Made by a program: the position numbers and the translations under genes
Shown: positions 19,505 to 28,448 of the stretch, in pieces
Position numbering within the stretch: position 1 is the stretch's first letter
How the letters are laid out: every line of letters starts with the position of its first letter
NCBI GenBank assembly: GCA_031366795.1
Contig: JANLOX010000072.1
Span: forward strand, 1 to 42,075
Origin: Candidatus Eiseniibacteriota bacterium
Lineage (GTDB): Bacteria > Eisenbacteria > RBG-16-71-46
DNA: 42,075 nt
Direction: 5' to 3'
Notes under the pieces: generated by a model
The model's database searches: none
The model's input: only the letters and a program-made list of their open reading frames with translations
What the model was told of the DNA's origin: nothing

Positions 19505-19915
19505 TTAGGCCGGATTGCCACAGGCGCGGCAACGGCGCGCGGCCTGCGGAATCGATTCCAGGCACTCCGGGCAGGTCTTCATCGGAGCGGCCGGTGCGGC
19601 AGGGGCCGGCTTGAGCAGTGACTTGGTGACCAGGAACACCACCGCGGCAATAATGACGAAATCGAGCACCGTCCCGAGGAAGGTGCCCAGGGTGATCGCG
19701 TTCTCAATCGTCTTCCCTGCGGCGTCCGTCGTGGTGCTCAGCACGATCTTGGCAGCGCGCCAGTTGCCACCCGGAATGACGAGGCTGATGAGCGGCATGA
19801 GGATATCGGCAACCAGTGAGCTGACGACTTTCCCCACCGCGCCGCCAATGATCACGCCGACGGCGAGCGCCAAGGCGTTGGTCTGCAGCAGGAAATTCTT
19901 GAATTCCTTAAACAT
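19505..19915 (-). CDS. mscL: large-conductance mechanosensitive channel with C-terminal zinc-ribbon
   Basis: MFKEFKNFLL..N..LAVGVIIGGA..KVVSSLVADILMP; C-terminal CPEC-x10-CRAC. GGAGG RBS. Confidence 0.92.
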   Translation of the reverse strand: MFKEFKNFLLQTNALALAVGVIIGGAVGKVVSSLVADILMPLISLVIPGGNWRAAKIVLSTTTDAAGKTIENAITLGTFLGTVLDFVIIAAVVFLVTKSLLKPAPAAPAAPMKTCPECLESIPQAARRCRACGNPA

Positions 19916-20138
19916 GCGGCACCTCCGGGTTGTTGGAGCTCGCGCGCGGGCTGGAAGTTAGCCGCAAGTCTTTGGGCTTCCTTGCCTGCGGTGCGTCACA
20001 CCGGCACCATAACCAGTGGCTCGTGAATTGGCCAATCTGCACACTGACAACCAGTTGTGGGTCCAATTTCAGGTGCGTTCCGGCGCGGTCCCAGCCGCCT
20101 TACCGGCTGCCTGCGGCGAGCGAATCGGCCCCGTCCGC

Positions 20139-20167
20139 TTGACTCAATGCCACGGGTCGCCTAGATT
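20139..20167 (+). promoter_or_regulatory. sigma70-type promoter of rpmH operon
   Basis: TTGACT (20139-20144), 17 nt spacer, TAGATT (20162-20167). Confidence 0.7.
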
Positions 20168-20223
20168 GCCCAGTCTTTGCGCGGCCTCTCTGAGGGCCGC
20201 TTCTCCCACCCTGCGAGTCCGTC

Positions 20224-20370
20224 ATGAGCATCACATTTCGCCCCAGAAACCGCCACCGTAAGAAGACGCACGGCTTCCGTGCGCGCATGAAGACCAAGGG
20301 CGGCCGCAAGATCATCGCGGCTCGTCGTGCGCGTGGCCGTAAGCGACTCACCGTCTCCGACTCGGCCTAG
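20224..20370 (+). CDS. rpmH: 50S ribosomal protein L34 (absent from ORF track)
   Basis: Translated by hand: [48 protein letters not shown]. Confidence 0.97.
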   Translation: MSITFRPRNRHRKKTHGFRARMKTKGGRKIIAARRARGRKRLTVSDSA

Positions 20371-20479
20371 TAAGCGGCCACCGGGCAGCCTGCTGTTCGC
20401 CTTAGCGATTGCCTCGAGCCCATTAGGTCTCGACGCTGGCGTCATGTGCGCTCCGCGACCTGCGCGGAATTCGGGCACC

Positions 20480-20860
20480 ATGACGAACCGCCGAGTTGAG
20501 CGTATCGGTCCACAGAACCGGCTGCGCACGTCGACCGACTACGCGACGGTCAAGCGTGATGCTCGCGCGCTCCGTGGCCGCCACTGCATGGTGCTCGCTG
20601 CCGAAGCGCCGGGCCAACCGACTCGCGTAGGATTCATCGCCAGCCGCAAGGGCGTGGGGGGGGCCGTGCAACGCAATCGCGCGCGCCGCCGCATTCGCGA
20701 GATCATCCGCCGCCGCTGGCCACGCATCGCAACGCATGGTCACGCGCTGGCCTTCATCGCCTACCGCACTTCCGTATCGGCATCGCATCTCGATCTCGTG
20801 GCCGATATCGAGGGGTTGCTGGTTGCCGCCGGCGCGCTGGTGAAAGACCCCGTCGCGTGA
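20480..20860 (+). CDS. rnpA: ribonuclease P protein component
   Basis: RVGFIASRKGVGGAVQRNRARRRIREI (RNR motif); position after rpmH. Confidence 0.93.
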   Translation: MTNRRVERIGPQNRLRTSTDYATVKRDARALRGRHCMVLAAEAPGQPTRVGFIASRKGVGGAVQRNRARRRIREIIRRRWPRIATHGHALAFIAYRTSVSASHLDLVADIEGLLVAAGALVKDPVA

Positions 20861-21075
20861 GCCTGCTCGCCAAGTTCATGCTGGGCTTGATCTGGGTGTA
20901 CCAGCAGGTGTTGGCACCGCACACGGCGGGTGTCTGCCGTTACGTTCCTTCTTGTTCGACTTACGCACGCGACGCGGTGCAAAGGTGCGGCGCGCTGCGC
21001 GGTGCCTGGCTCGCGATGCGCCGCATTTCACGATGCCATCCGCTCGGATCGAGCGGATACGACCCGGTACCCTGA
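20857..21075 (+). CDS. yidD: membrane protein insertion efficiency factor
   Basis: CRYVPSCSTYA...RISRCHPLGSSGYDPVP. Confidence 0.95.
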   Translation: MSLLAKFMLGLIWVYQQVLAPHTAGVCRYVPSCSTYARDAVQRCGALRGAWLAMRRISRCHPLGSSGYDPVP

Positions 21076-21082
21076 GACCGCA

Positions 21083-22975
21083 ATGGATCGCAAGACTCTT
21101 GTCGCTGTAGGGCTGTGCGTATTGTTCCTGATCTTTTACCGGCCGCTGTTGCACCTCGTGGGCTGGGACAAGTACCTCCCCAACAATGCAGCGGTTGCCA
21201 CGGCGCCGCGTGACACGGCGAAGACCCCACCCGCCGAGCTGCCGCAGGTGGCGAACCCCAACGCGGCGGGCACGCTCTCCGGTGCGGCGGGCACGCTTTC
21301 CGGCGCTGCGGGCAAAGCGGCCAGTGTCACGCCGGCGGCTTCGGCGCCTACCACGAGTGCTCCCGGCGAATTGTTCGTGACGCCCGATCACACCGCGGCG
21401 CCGGCGGAACTCGAGCAGACGTTTGACCTCGAGACTCCGCTGTACCGCGCGACGTTTTCGAGCCGCGGTGCCCGCCTGTTGGGTGTCGAGCTCAAACACT
21501 ACGCTTCGGCCAATGGAGCGGGCAGTCACAATGGCCGCGCCGTTCGTCCGCGCGCGGGTGAGGATGTGCCGCCCGGGGATCGCGTGGCACTTTCGGGCGC
21601 GCCGCTGTTGTCGGTCGACCTGGGCTCCGGTGATTCGCGCCGCGATCTCTCCAATGTGGTCTATGCCGTCACGGACAGCACGGATGCCGCGGGCAATCGC
21701 GTTGTCCTGAACTTCACGGCAACGGACAGTACGGGCGCCTATCTGCGCCAGACCTATCGCTCCGAGCCGAAGGGATATGCCATCGGGCTTGAGACCGAAT
21801 TGCGCGGCATCCCACTCGGCTGGCGGTTGTCGGACTACTCGCTCACCGTTCGCTCGTGGCCGCTGCTGACCGAGGCTGACGAATTGGCCGATGCGCGCTC
21901 GCTGCGCGCGACGAGCCTGGTGGGCACGAGCCTGCACCGTGAAGCCGGCGCGCGGCTGGTTGGTAAGACGAAGCCGTTCGAGGGCAACGCCGCGTGGGCC
22001 GCGATCCAGAGCCGTTATTTCGTTGCCGCGGTGGCGTTGGCGCAGGGCAGCGGCCGCCGCACGGTCGCGAGCGCGATCCGCCGCTCGACTCTGCCGGCCG
22101 AAGCGGCAGCACTGCCGCCGGGCGCCCATCCGCAGATGGAAGTCGTGGACAACGCGCTGGTCGTGGGGCTCCCCTCGGAGTTGACGCCCAAGCAGCATTT
22201 CGTGGTGTATGTCGGCCCGAGCGAGTACTTCGGGCTGTCACCGCTCAAGCTCGGACTCGACCGGCTGGTCGACCTGGGTTGGACGTGGATCCATCCCTTC
22301 AGCCGCGCGTTGCTGTGGCTGCTGAAGTGGCTCTACGGCGTCGTGCGAAACTACGGCCTGGCGATCATCCTGCTCGCGACGCTGGTGCGCTTGATGCTCC
22401 ACCCGCTCAACGTCGCGGGTCTCAAGAGCATGCGCGCCATGCAGCGCATCCAGCCCGAGATCGAACGCTTGAAGGCGAAGTACAAGGAAGACGCCGCGGC
22501 GATGAACACCGCCATGATGGCGTTGTACAAAGAGAACAACGTGAATCCCGCGGGTGGCTGCCTGCCGACCGTGATCCAGATTCCGGTATTCTTCGCTTTG
22601 TATAGTGTGTTGTTCAATGCCATCGAGCTGCGGCAGTCGCCGTTCGTGGGTTGGATCCACGATCTCTCGGCGCCCGACCTGTTGTTCAGTGTCGGGAGTT
22701 TGCCGGTGCGGTTGTTGCCGCTGCTGATGCTGGGTTCGGGTCTGTTGTCGCAGAAGTTCACGCCGACCGATCCGCGCCAAGCGCCGACGATGATGCTGAT
22801 GAATGCGTTCATGACTGTGTTCTTCTACAACCTGCCCTCGGGCCTGGTGTTGTACTGGACGCTCATGAACGTGCTGACCGCGCTGCAGCAGTGGATGGTG
22901 CTGCGCGATCATGGCGCCTCGTCAGCGGTGGTGGTCCCATCCGGTCCGACGCCTGGGAAGTCCCGCAAGCGTTGA
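21083..22975 (+). CDS. yidC: membrane protein insertase
   Basis: NYGLAIILLATLVRL, NVNPAGGCLP, WIHDLSAPD, PSGLVLYW. Start ATG 21083 (MDRKTL). Confidence 0.95.
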   Translation: MDRKTLVAVGLCVLFLIFYRPLLHLVGWDKYLPNNAAVATAPRDTAKTPPAELPQVANPNAAGTLSGAAGTLSGAAGKAASVTPAASAPTTSAPGELFVTPDHTAAPAELEQTFDLETPLYRATFSSRGARLLGVELKHYASANGAGSHNGRAVRPRAGEDVPPGDRVALSGAPLLSVDLGSGDSRRDLSNVVYAVTDSTDAAGNRVVLNFTATDSTGAYLRQTYRSEPKGYAIGLETELRGIPLGWRLSDYSLTVRSWPLLTEADELADARSLRATSLVGTSLHREAGARLVGKTKPFEGNAAWAAIQSRYFVAAVALAQGSGRRTVASAIRRSTLPAEAAALPPGAHPQMEVVDNALVVGLPSELTPKQHFVVYVGPSEYFGLSPLKLGLDRLVDLGWTWIHPFSRALLWLLKWLYGVVRNYGLAIILLATLVRLMLHPLNVAGLKSMRAMQRIQPEIERLKAKYKEDAAAMNTAMMALYKENNVNPAGGCLPTVIQIPVFFALYSVLFNAIELRQSPFVGWIHDLSAPDLLFSVGSLPVRLLPLLMLGSGLLSQKFTPTDPRQAPTMMLMNAFMTVFFYNLPSGLVLYWTLMNVLTALQQWMVLRDHGASSAVVVPSGPTPGKSRKR

Positions 22976-23216
22976 GGCGGAGCAGCAAATCCACCCACCC
23001 GGGGGTGGTCAGGGCGACGACCGGGCGTTAGTCTCAAGAGGAATCACGAAACTGGGGCAGCTTCGCGCAGATCCGCGGGCACAGGCCAACGTCGGACTCA
23101 GGTCCTTGTGGCTCAATCGCGGCGCGCTCGAAGGCTTCCTCTAGCGCACACGCACGCCGGGCGGCATTTCCGTAGCGAGCAGCACCAGGACCGTCGCCCG
23201 CGCAACGAGGGATGTC

Positions 23217-24833
23217 ATGGGTCGAGAAGAATCGGTATTCGAGGGCAAGAACCTGGATGACGCGGTCCGCAAAGGACTCAGCGACCTGGGATTGACCCGC
23301 GCGGAAGTGATCATCACGGTAATGTCGGAAGGCTCCGGCGGTTTCCTGGGGTTTGGTGCGCGCCCGTTCCGCGTTCGTGTGGTGCCCCGTCCGGGCGGCG
23401 CGATTCGCGACACGGAAGATCGCGCTCCCGAGCGCGCTGGGGGTCGCAGTCGCGACCGCGAGCAACGGGGGGGGCGTGGTGGCCGCGACCGTGGCCGTGG
23501 CCGTGAAGAGCGCGGTGCGCGTGGACCCCGTGAGGGACAGCCCGCGCGTGAAGCGCGTCCGCCGCGCGAGGCGCGGGTAGGCCGCGATGATGCGCCGCAC
23601 GCGGAGCGTCCGGAACGTGGCGAGCGTCCGGAACGTGACGAGCGTCCGGAACGTGGCGAGCGTCCGGAACGTGGCGAGCGTCCGGAACGCGCCGAGCGTC
23701 CGGAACGCGCCGAGCGTCCGGAGCGTGGAGGGCGTGGCGGCCGTGGCGAGCCGCGCGGTGAGGGCCGTGGCGAAGGGCGGCGCGATCGTGGTCCGCGTCC
23801 CGAACGCAGCGCCCAGCCGGCCGATGCCTCACGTGCTGAGCAGCGCCCGTCGCCCGTCGCGGCGCGCGCTGAAAATCCTGGCCGTGGCCCCGTCGATGCC
23901 GTCAGCGGTAACGCCGAGTCCGAAGCCGGAGGACGCCGTCGCCGCCGCCGTCGCCGGGGTGGCCGTGGCCGTGGTCCTGGTGCTGAGCAGGGGGCTGCTG
24001 TCGCCGGCGCCCCGCAGCCGATGCTGGACCAGCACGAGGATTCATTCGAGGGCGTCGAGCAGTACGATCACCATGCGCGGGTGGAGTCCATCGCCAGCGT
24101 TGCGGCGCACGCCGACCATCGTGACGAGACCCAGGATCACGATGCGGACGAGGGCGTCATGGTTCACACCGAGGAGCGCGTCATGAGTCATGAGCCCGAA
24201 GGTGGCGAGGTCGTGGACCGTGGAGATCGCGGGGATCGTGGTGGCCGTGGTGGACGGGGCGAGCGGAGTGGCCGCGGAGGTCGTGATCGTGGCGATCGCG
24301 GAGACCGTGGAGACCGTGGCGATCGCGAGCCGCGTGGCCCGGTGATGCCGGTCGCGGATCTCGAGCGTGAGGCCGCGCGAATCACCAGCGAGTTGCTTGA
24401 GAAGATGGGGTTCACCGCACAGGTCACCGCCAAGGGCGAGGACACGCGTGTCGATGTTCACGCCACGGTGCCAGATGGCGGCGACGACCTTACGGGACCC
24501 AAGGGTGAAGTGCGGCAGGCGTTGCAGCACATCCTCAACCGCATGATCAATCACGGCGGCGGCTCGACCTACCACCTGCAGCTCGAGGTGAATGACTTCT
24601 GGGAGAAGCGCGAGACCGAACTCGCCGACCAGGCCCGCACCATGGCGGCGGAAGCGCTGCAGACCAACAGCGAGATCGTCACCGACTACTTGAACTCGCA
24701 GGAGCGCCGGATCGTTCACATGACGCTCAAGGAGAACGAGCAGGTGAAGACCTACGCGCTCGGCACGGGACTCGTTAAACGCGTGGCGATCGCTCCGGCC
24801 GATTATCCGGAGCCCGAAGGCGAAATCGAATAG
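23217..24833 (+). CDS. jag: RNA-binding protein Jag/KhpB/EloR with very long low-complexity linker
   Basis: Jag_N (FEGKNLDDAV...GFLGFGARP), KH (LTGPKGEVRQALQHIL), R3H (NSQERRIVH); sits between yidC and mnmE. Confidence 0.9.
   Translation: MGREESVFEGKNLDDAVRKGLSDLGLTRAEVIITVMSEGSGGFLGFGARPFRVRVVPRPGGAIRDTEDRAPERAGGRSRDREQRGGRGGRDRGRGREERGARGPREGQPAREARPPREARVGRDDAPHAERPERGERPERDERPERGERPERGERPERAERPERAERPERGGRGGRGEPRGEGRGEGRRDRGPRPERSAQPADASRAEQRPSPVAARAENPGRGPVDAVSGNAESEAGGRRRRRRRRGGRGRGPGAEQGAAVAGAPQPMLDQHEDSFEGVEQYDHHARVESIASVAAHADHRDETQDHDADEGVMVHTEERVMSHEPEGGEVVDRGDRGDRGGRGGRGERSGRGGRDRGDRGDRGDRGDREPRGPVMPVADLEREAARITSELLEKMGFTAQVTAKGEDTRVDVHATVPDGGDDLTGPKGEVRQALQHILNRMINHGGGSTYHLQLEVNDFWEKRETELADQARTMAAEALQTNSEIVTDYLNSQERRIVHMTLKENEQVKTYALGTGLVKRVAIAPADYPEPEGEIE
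23604..23729 (+). repeat. 7 x 18-bp tandem repeat GAGCGTCCGGAACGYGNC (ERPERx) inside jag
   Basis: Counted directly: ERPERG ERPERD ERPERG ERPERG ERPERA ERPERA ERPERG. Confidence 0.92.
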
Positions 24834-24855
24834 CTCGAACGCTAGCGTGAATCGG

Positions 24856-24887
24856 CGAGCCGGGCTCCTGAACCAGGGCCCGGCTCG
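24856..24887 (+). terminator. GC-rich hairpin after jag (possible terminator or processing stem)
   Basis: CGAGCCGGGC 24856-24865 pairs with GCCCGGCTCG 24878-24887; weak U-tract. Confidence 0.45.
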
Positions 24888-24971
24888 ATTCGTTGGTGCG
24901 CCGCTCTTCCTCCTGTGCGCGGCCGGCGGCAGTGGTCGCTGTCCCTAAAGCTATTTCATCGATCGAATGCA

Positions 24972-26402
24972 ATGAACTCACTCGACGACACCATCGCCGC
25001 GATTGCGACCGCTTCGGGAGAAGCCGGTCTCGCCGTGGTGCGCGTCAGTGGTCCGCTCGCCTTCGAGATCGCCGATCGCGCGTTCTCTGGTTCCGCCGCA
25101 CTGGCCGCGGCACCCTCGCACACGCTGCACCATGGCTGGGCGGTGCGCCCGGCGCCCTTGTCGCGAGGCGGCAGCGAGGAGCGCATCGACGAAGTCGTGG
25201 CCGCGGTATTCCGCGCGCCGCGCTCGTATACGCGCGAGGACGTCGTGGAGTTGTCCTGCCACGGTGGCCGCCTGCCGGCGCTTCGCGTGCTCGAGGCGCT
25301 GATCGAATCTGGGGCGCGGCTCGCGGCGCCGGGCGAGTTCAGCATGCGGGCCTTTCTTAACGGGCGCATCGACCTGGCCCAGGCTGAAGCGGTGGTGGAT
25401 TTGATCCACGCCGAGACGGACGCCGCACGCTCACTTGCCCTGGCGCAGCTGTCGGGATCGCTGTCGCGGCGATTGAATGGACTCGCCGAGCCGCTCAATG
25501 ACGTGCTGGTCGAGATCGAGGCGCGCGTGGATTTCGCCGAGGATGTCGGCGGTATCGAGGTGCCGCCACACGCGCTCGCAGCACTCGAAGCCGCCACCGC
25601 CGAGTTGGCGCAACTGCTCGAACATGCCGCCTACGCGCGGGCGGTGCGCGATGGCGCCCGCGTGCCGATCGTCGGCCGGCCGAACGTGGGCAAGTCCTCG
25701 CTGTTCAACGCGCTGCTCGGCGAGGCGCGCGCGCTGGTGACCGAGTTGCCCGGGACGACACGCGACCGCGTCAGCGAAAGCGTGGAAATCGCCGGCGTGC
25801 GCGTGGCACTCTCGGATACGGCAGGAATCCGCGACGACGCCGGCCGCGTGGAAGCATTGGGCATCGCAATGAGCGAGACGATGCTGGCCGAGTGCCCGGT
25901 CTCGATCTGGGTCATTGATGGCTCAGCGCCGCTCGATGCGGCCGACCTGGCATTGGCCCCGCGCTTCGCGGGCAAGCGGGTGGTCGTGGCGCTCAACAAG
26001 TCGGACCTGCCTGAGCGAGTGACGGCTGGGGAAGTCTCGCGAGTGATCGAGCATGCCTGCGAGGGCGGCGATGCGGGAGCAGCATGGGTCGCCTGCGTCG
26101 CGTGTTCCGCGTCGCTCGGAACGGGCCTCGACGCCTTGCGCGCGGTGGTGGTCGATGCGCTGGGTGGTGGCGCGCGGGCCGGCATCGCGATGTCGGTGAG
26201 CAATCCGCGGCACTCCGATGCGCTACGCCGGGCACGCGAAGCGCTCGAGCGCGCGAGCGAGCGAGGGGCTGAAGGCGCTCCAGGCGAGATCGTGGCGATT
26301 GAATTGCGCGAAGGCCTCGCCGCGATTGGCGAAGTGACCGGACAGGGAATCGATCCTGACCTGCTCGACAAGATCTTTGGCCGCTTCTGCATCGGGAAAT
26401 GA
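24972..26402 (+). CDS. mnmE: tRNA modification GTPase
   Basis: DTIAAIAT, SYTREDVVELSCHGG, GRPNVGKSS, PGTTRD, DTAG, NKSD, C-terminal FCIGK. Confidence 0.97.
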   Translation: MNSLDDTIAAIATASGEAGLAVVRVSGPLAFEIADRAFSGSAALAAAPSHTLHHGWAVRPAPLSRGGSEERIDEVVAAVFRAPRSYTREDVVELSCHGGRLPALRVLEALIESGARLAAPGEFSMRAFLNGRIDLAQAEAVVDLIHAETDAARSLALAQLSGSLSRRLNGLAEPLNDVLVEIEARVDFAEDVGGIEVPPHALAALEAATAELAQLLEHAAYARAVRDGARVPIVGRPNVGKSSLFNALLGEARALVTELPGTTRDRVSESVEIAGVRVALSDTAGIRDDAGRVEALGIAMSETMLAECPVSIWVIDGSAPLDAADLALAPRFAGKRVVVALNKSDLPERVTAGEVSRVIEHACEGGDAGAAWVACVACSASLGTGLDALRAVVVDALGGGARAGIAMSVSNPRHSDALRRAREALERASERGAEGAPGEIVAIELREGLAAIGEVTGQGIDPDLLDKIFGRFCIGK

Positions 26403-28333
26403 GTGCCATGAACGCATCCCTTCTCAATGACGCCGCGCGAGTCCCCGATGCGACGTGGGACGTTCTCGTGGTGGGTGCGGGGCACGCCGGCTGCGAGGCC
26501 GCTTCGGCGTGCGCGCGGATGGGGCTGCACACCGGATTGATCACCGTGAAGCTCGACGACACCGCGAAGATGTCGTGCAACCCTGCAATCGGCGGCATCG
26601 CCAAGGGCCATATGGTGCGCGAGATCGATGCGCTCGGCGGCATCATGGCTCGCATCACGGATCGCGCAGGCATCCAGTTCAAGATGCTCAATCGCGGCCG
26701 CGGCCCGGCGGTGTGGTCGCCGCGCGCGCAGTGCGACAAACCGCTCTACTCCTCCGAGATGGGGCGTTACCTCGGCACGCTCGTGAATCTCGAGCGCATC
26801 GAAGGAGTCGCGAATCGTGTATGGCGCAAGGGTGGCCGTGTCGCGGGGATCGAGCTTGCCGACGGGCGCCTGCTCGGCTGCCGCACCGCGGTCATCACGC
26901 CCGGCACGTTCCTCAATGGTTTGATCCATATCGGTACGCGGCAGATCGAGGGCGGTCGCATCGGCGAACACGCCGCGCGGGCGCTCAGCGAATGCCTCGC
27001 GGACCTGGGGTTGGAGCGCGGGCGCTTGAAGACGGGAACACCACCGCGCCTGCATCGCGCCTCGCTCGACTGGGCCGCGATGGAGCCGCAACTCGGCGAC
27101 GATCCGCCGCAGGCCTTCTCGCACTGGACTGAGCGGCTCGAGCTCGAGCAGGTGCCGTGCTACCTGACGCGCACCACGGCGCGCACGCACGACGTGATTC
27201 GCCGCCACCTGCACGAGTCGCCGCTCTATTCGGGACAGATCCAGGGCCGGGGCCCGCGCTATTGCCCTTCGATCGAGGACAAGGTGGTCAAGTTCCCCGA
27301 GCGCGAGTCGCACCATGTGTTCGTGGAGCCCGAAGGTCGTGAGGTCGACGAGATTTACGTCAACGGGCTCTCATCGAGCCTGCCGGAGGCGGTGCAGCTT
27401 GAGTTTGTGCGCACGCTGCAGGGACTCGAGCGCGCCGAGATGATCCGGCCGGGCTACGCGGTGGAGTACGACTTCGTGATGCCGCACCAGCTGGGGCCGG
27501 CGATGGAAGTGAAGTACGTGCCTGGATTGTTCCTCGCCGGCCAGATCTGCGGGACGTCGGGCTACGAAGAGGCTGCGGCGCAGGGATTCATTGCGGGCGT
27601 TAATGCCGCGCTTCAGGTGTTACAACGGCCGCCCCTCGTGCTGCGGCGCGACCAGGCCTACGTGGGCGTGCTCGTGGACGACCTGGTGACGCGTGAACAT
27701 TCGGAGCCTTACCGCATGTTTACTTCCGCGGCGGAGCACCGGCTGTTGTTGCGCGCGGATAATGCGGACGAGCGGCTCGCGCGGATTGGATACGAGCTCG
27801 GGCTCCTCAGCGATGACCAACTGGATCAAGTGCGCGCGAAGTACGCGGCGATCGAGCGCGAGACGAAGCGGCTCGCGAGCGTGACGGTGACGTTGCCCGC
27901 GGCGCTGCCCGTGGCGGCCGCCGTCGAGGGCGCCGGCGTGGTCGAGTCTCCCGGGGAACCACGGAAGCTCAAGGCCCTCGACTATCTCGCGCGGCCCGAA
28001 GGCACCATGGCGAAGCTGCGCGCGCTTGATGTCGCGATCGAATTGCCTGAGGCGTGGGCCGATTGCCTCGAGGTGCGCGTTCGCTACCGCGGTTACATTG
28101 AGCGCGAGCAAAGGCTCGCCGAGCAGCGGCTGCGGCTCGACGCCTCACCGCTGCCCGAAGGCCTGTGGGACCAGGACCTGCTGGGGCTCTCACACGAAGC
28201 GGTCGAAAAACTGCGCCGCCTGCGCCCCGCCACGATCGGGCAGGCCACGCGGGTGGCCGGAGTGTCGCCTGCGGACGTCGCGATCCTGCTCGTGCTGGCG
28301 CGTCGCGAGCGCTCCGCCGCGGCCCGGGCTTAA
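26399..28333 (+). CDS. mnmG: tRNA uridine-5-carboxymethylaminomethyl(34) synthesis enzyme
   Basis: VVGAGHAGCEAA, MSCNPAIGG, KTGTPPR, GPRYCPSIEDK, GTSGYEEAAAQG, EPYRMFTS. Confidence 0.97.
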   Translation: MSAMNASLLNDAARVPDATWDVLVVGAGHAGCEAASACARMGLHTGLITVKLDDTAKMSCNPAIGGIAKGHMVREIDALGGIMARITDRAGIQFKMLNRGRGPAVWSPRAQCDKPLYSSEMGRYLGTLVNLERIEGVANRVWRKGGRVAGIELADGRLLGCRTAVITPGTFLNGLIHIGTRQIEGGRIGEHAARALSECLADLGLERGRLKTGTPPRLHRASLDWAAMEPQLGDDPPQAFSHWTERLELEQVPCYLTRTTARTHDVIRRHLHESPLYSGQIQGRGPRYCPSIEDKVVKFPERESHHVFVEPEGREVDEIYVNGLSSSLPEAVQLEFVRTLQGLERAEMIRPGYAVEYDFVMPHQLGPAMEVKYVPGLFLAGQICGTSGYEEAAAQGFIAGVNAALQVLQRPPLVLRRDQAYVGVLVDDLVTREHSEPYRMFTSAAEHRLLLRADNADERLARIGYELGLLSDDQLDQVRAKYAAIERETKRLASVTVTLPAALPVAAAVEGAGVVESPGEPRKLKALDYLARPEGTMAKLRALDVAIELPEAWADCLEVRVRYRGYIEREQRLAEQRLRLDASPLPEGLWDQDLLGLSHEAVEKLRRLRPATIGQATRVAGVSPADVAILLVLARRERSAAARA

Positions 28334-28448
28334 CGCGGCCCGAGCGCAACGCGGTGGCCGCCCCCGTTTCGCATTCTCGGCTCGCATTTCATCAATTGCC
28401 CGGGCGGGCGGGTGCGGGCGATTGCGGGCGCCGTGTTAGATTGTTGCG

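Noticed and set aside
19916..20138. Canonical oriC as a feature call
   Set aside because: No DnaA box within one mismatch of the consensus and no AT-rich unwinding element. Noted only as a finding.
21263..21313. 21-bp tandem duplication (AAGTLSG x2) in yidC
   Set aside because: Real, but an ordinary slippage in a variable periplasmic linker.
23092..23112. SRP RNA (TCAGGTCC word)
   Set aside because: It lacks the following GNRA tetraloop and GGAAGCAG of helix 8.
25631..27316. Long antisense or alternate-frame ORFs (also 38364..40004, 20876..22198, 2907..4382)
   Set aside because: They overlap well-supported genes and have no recognisable motifs; this is expected from stop-codon scarcity at high GC.
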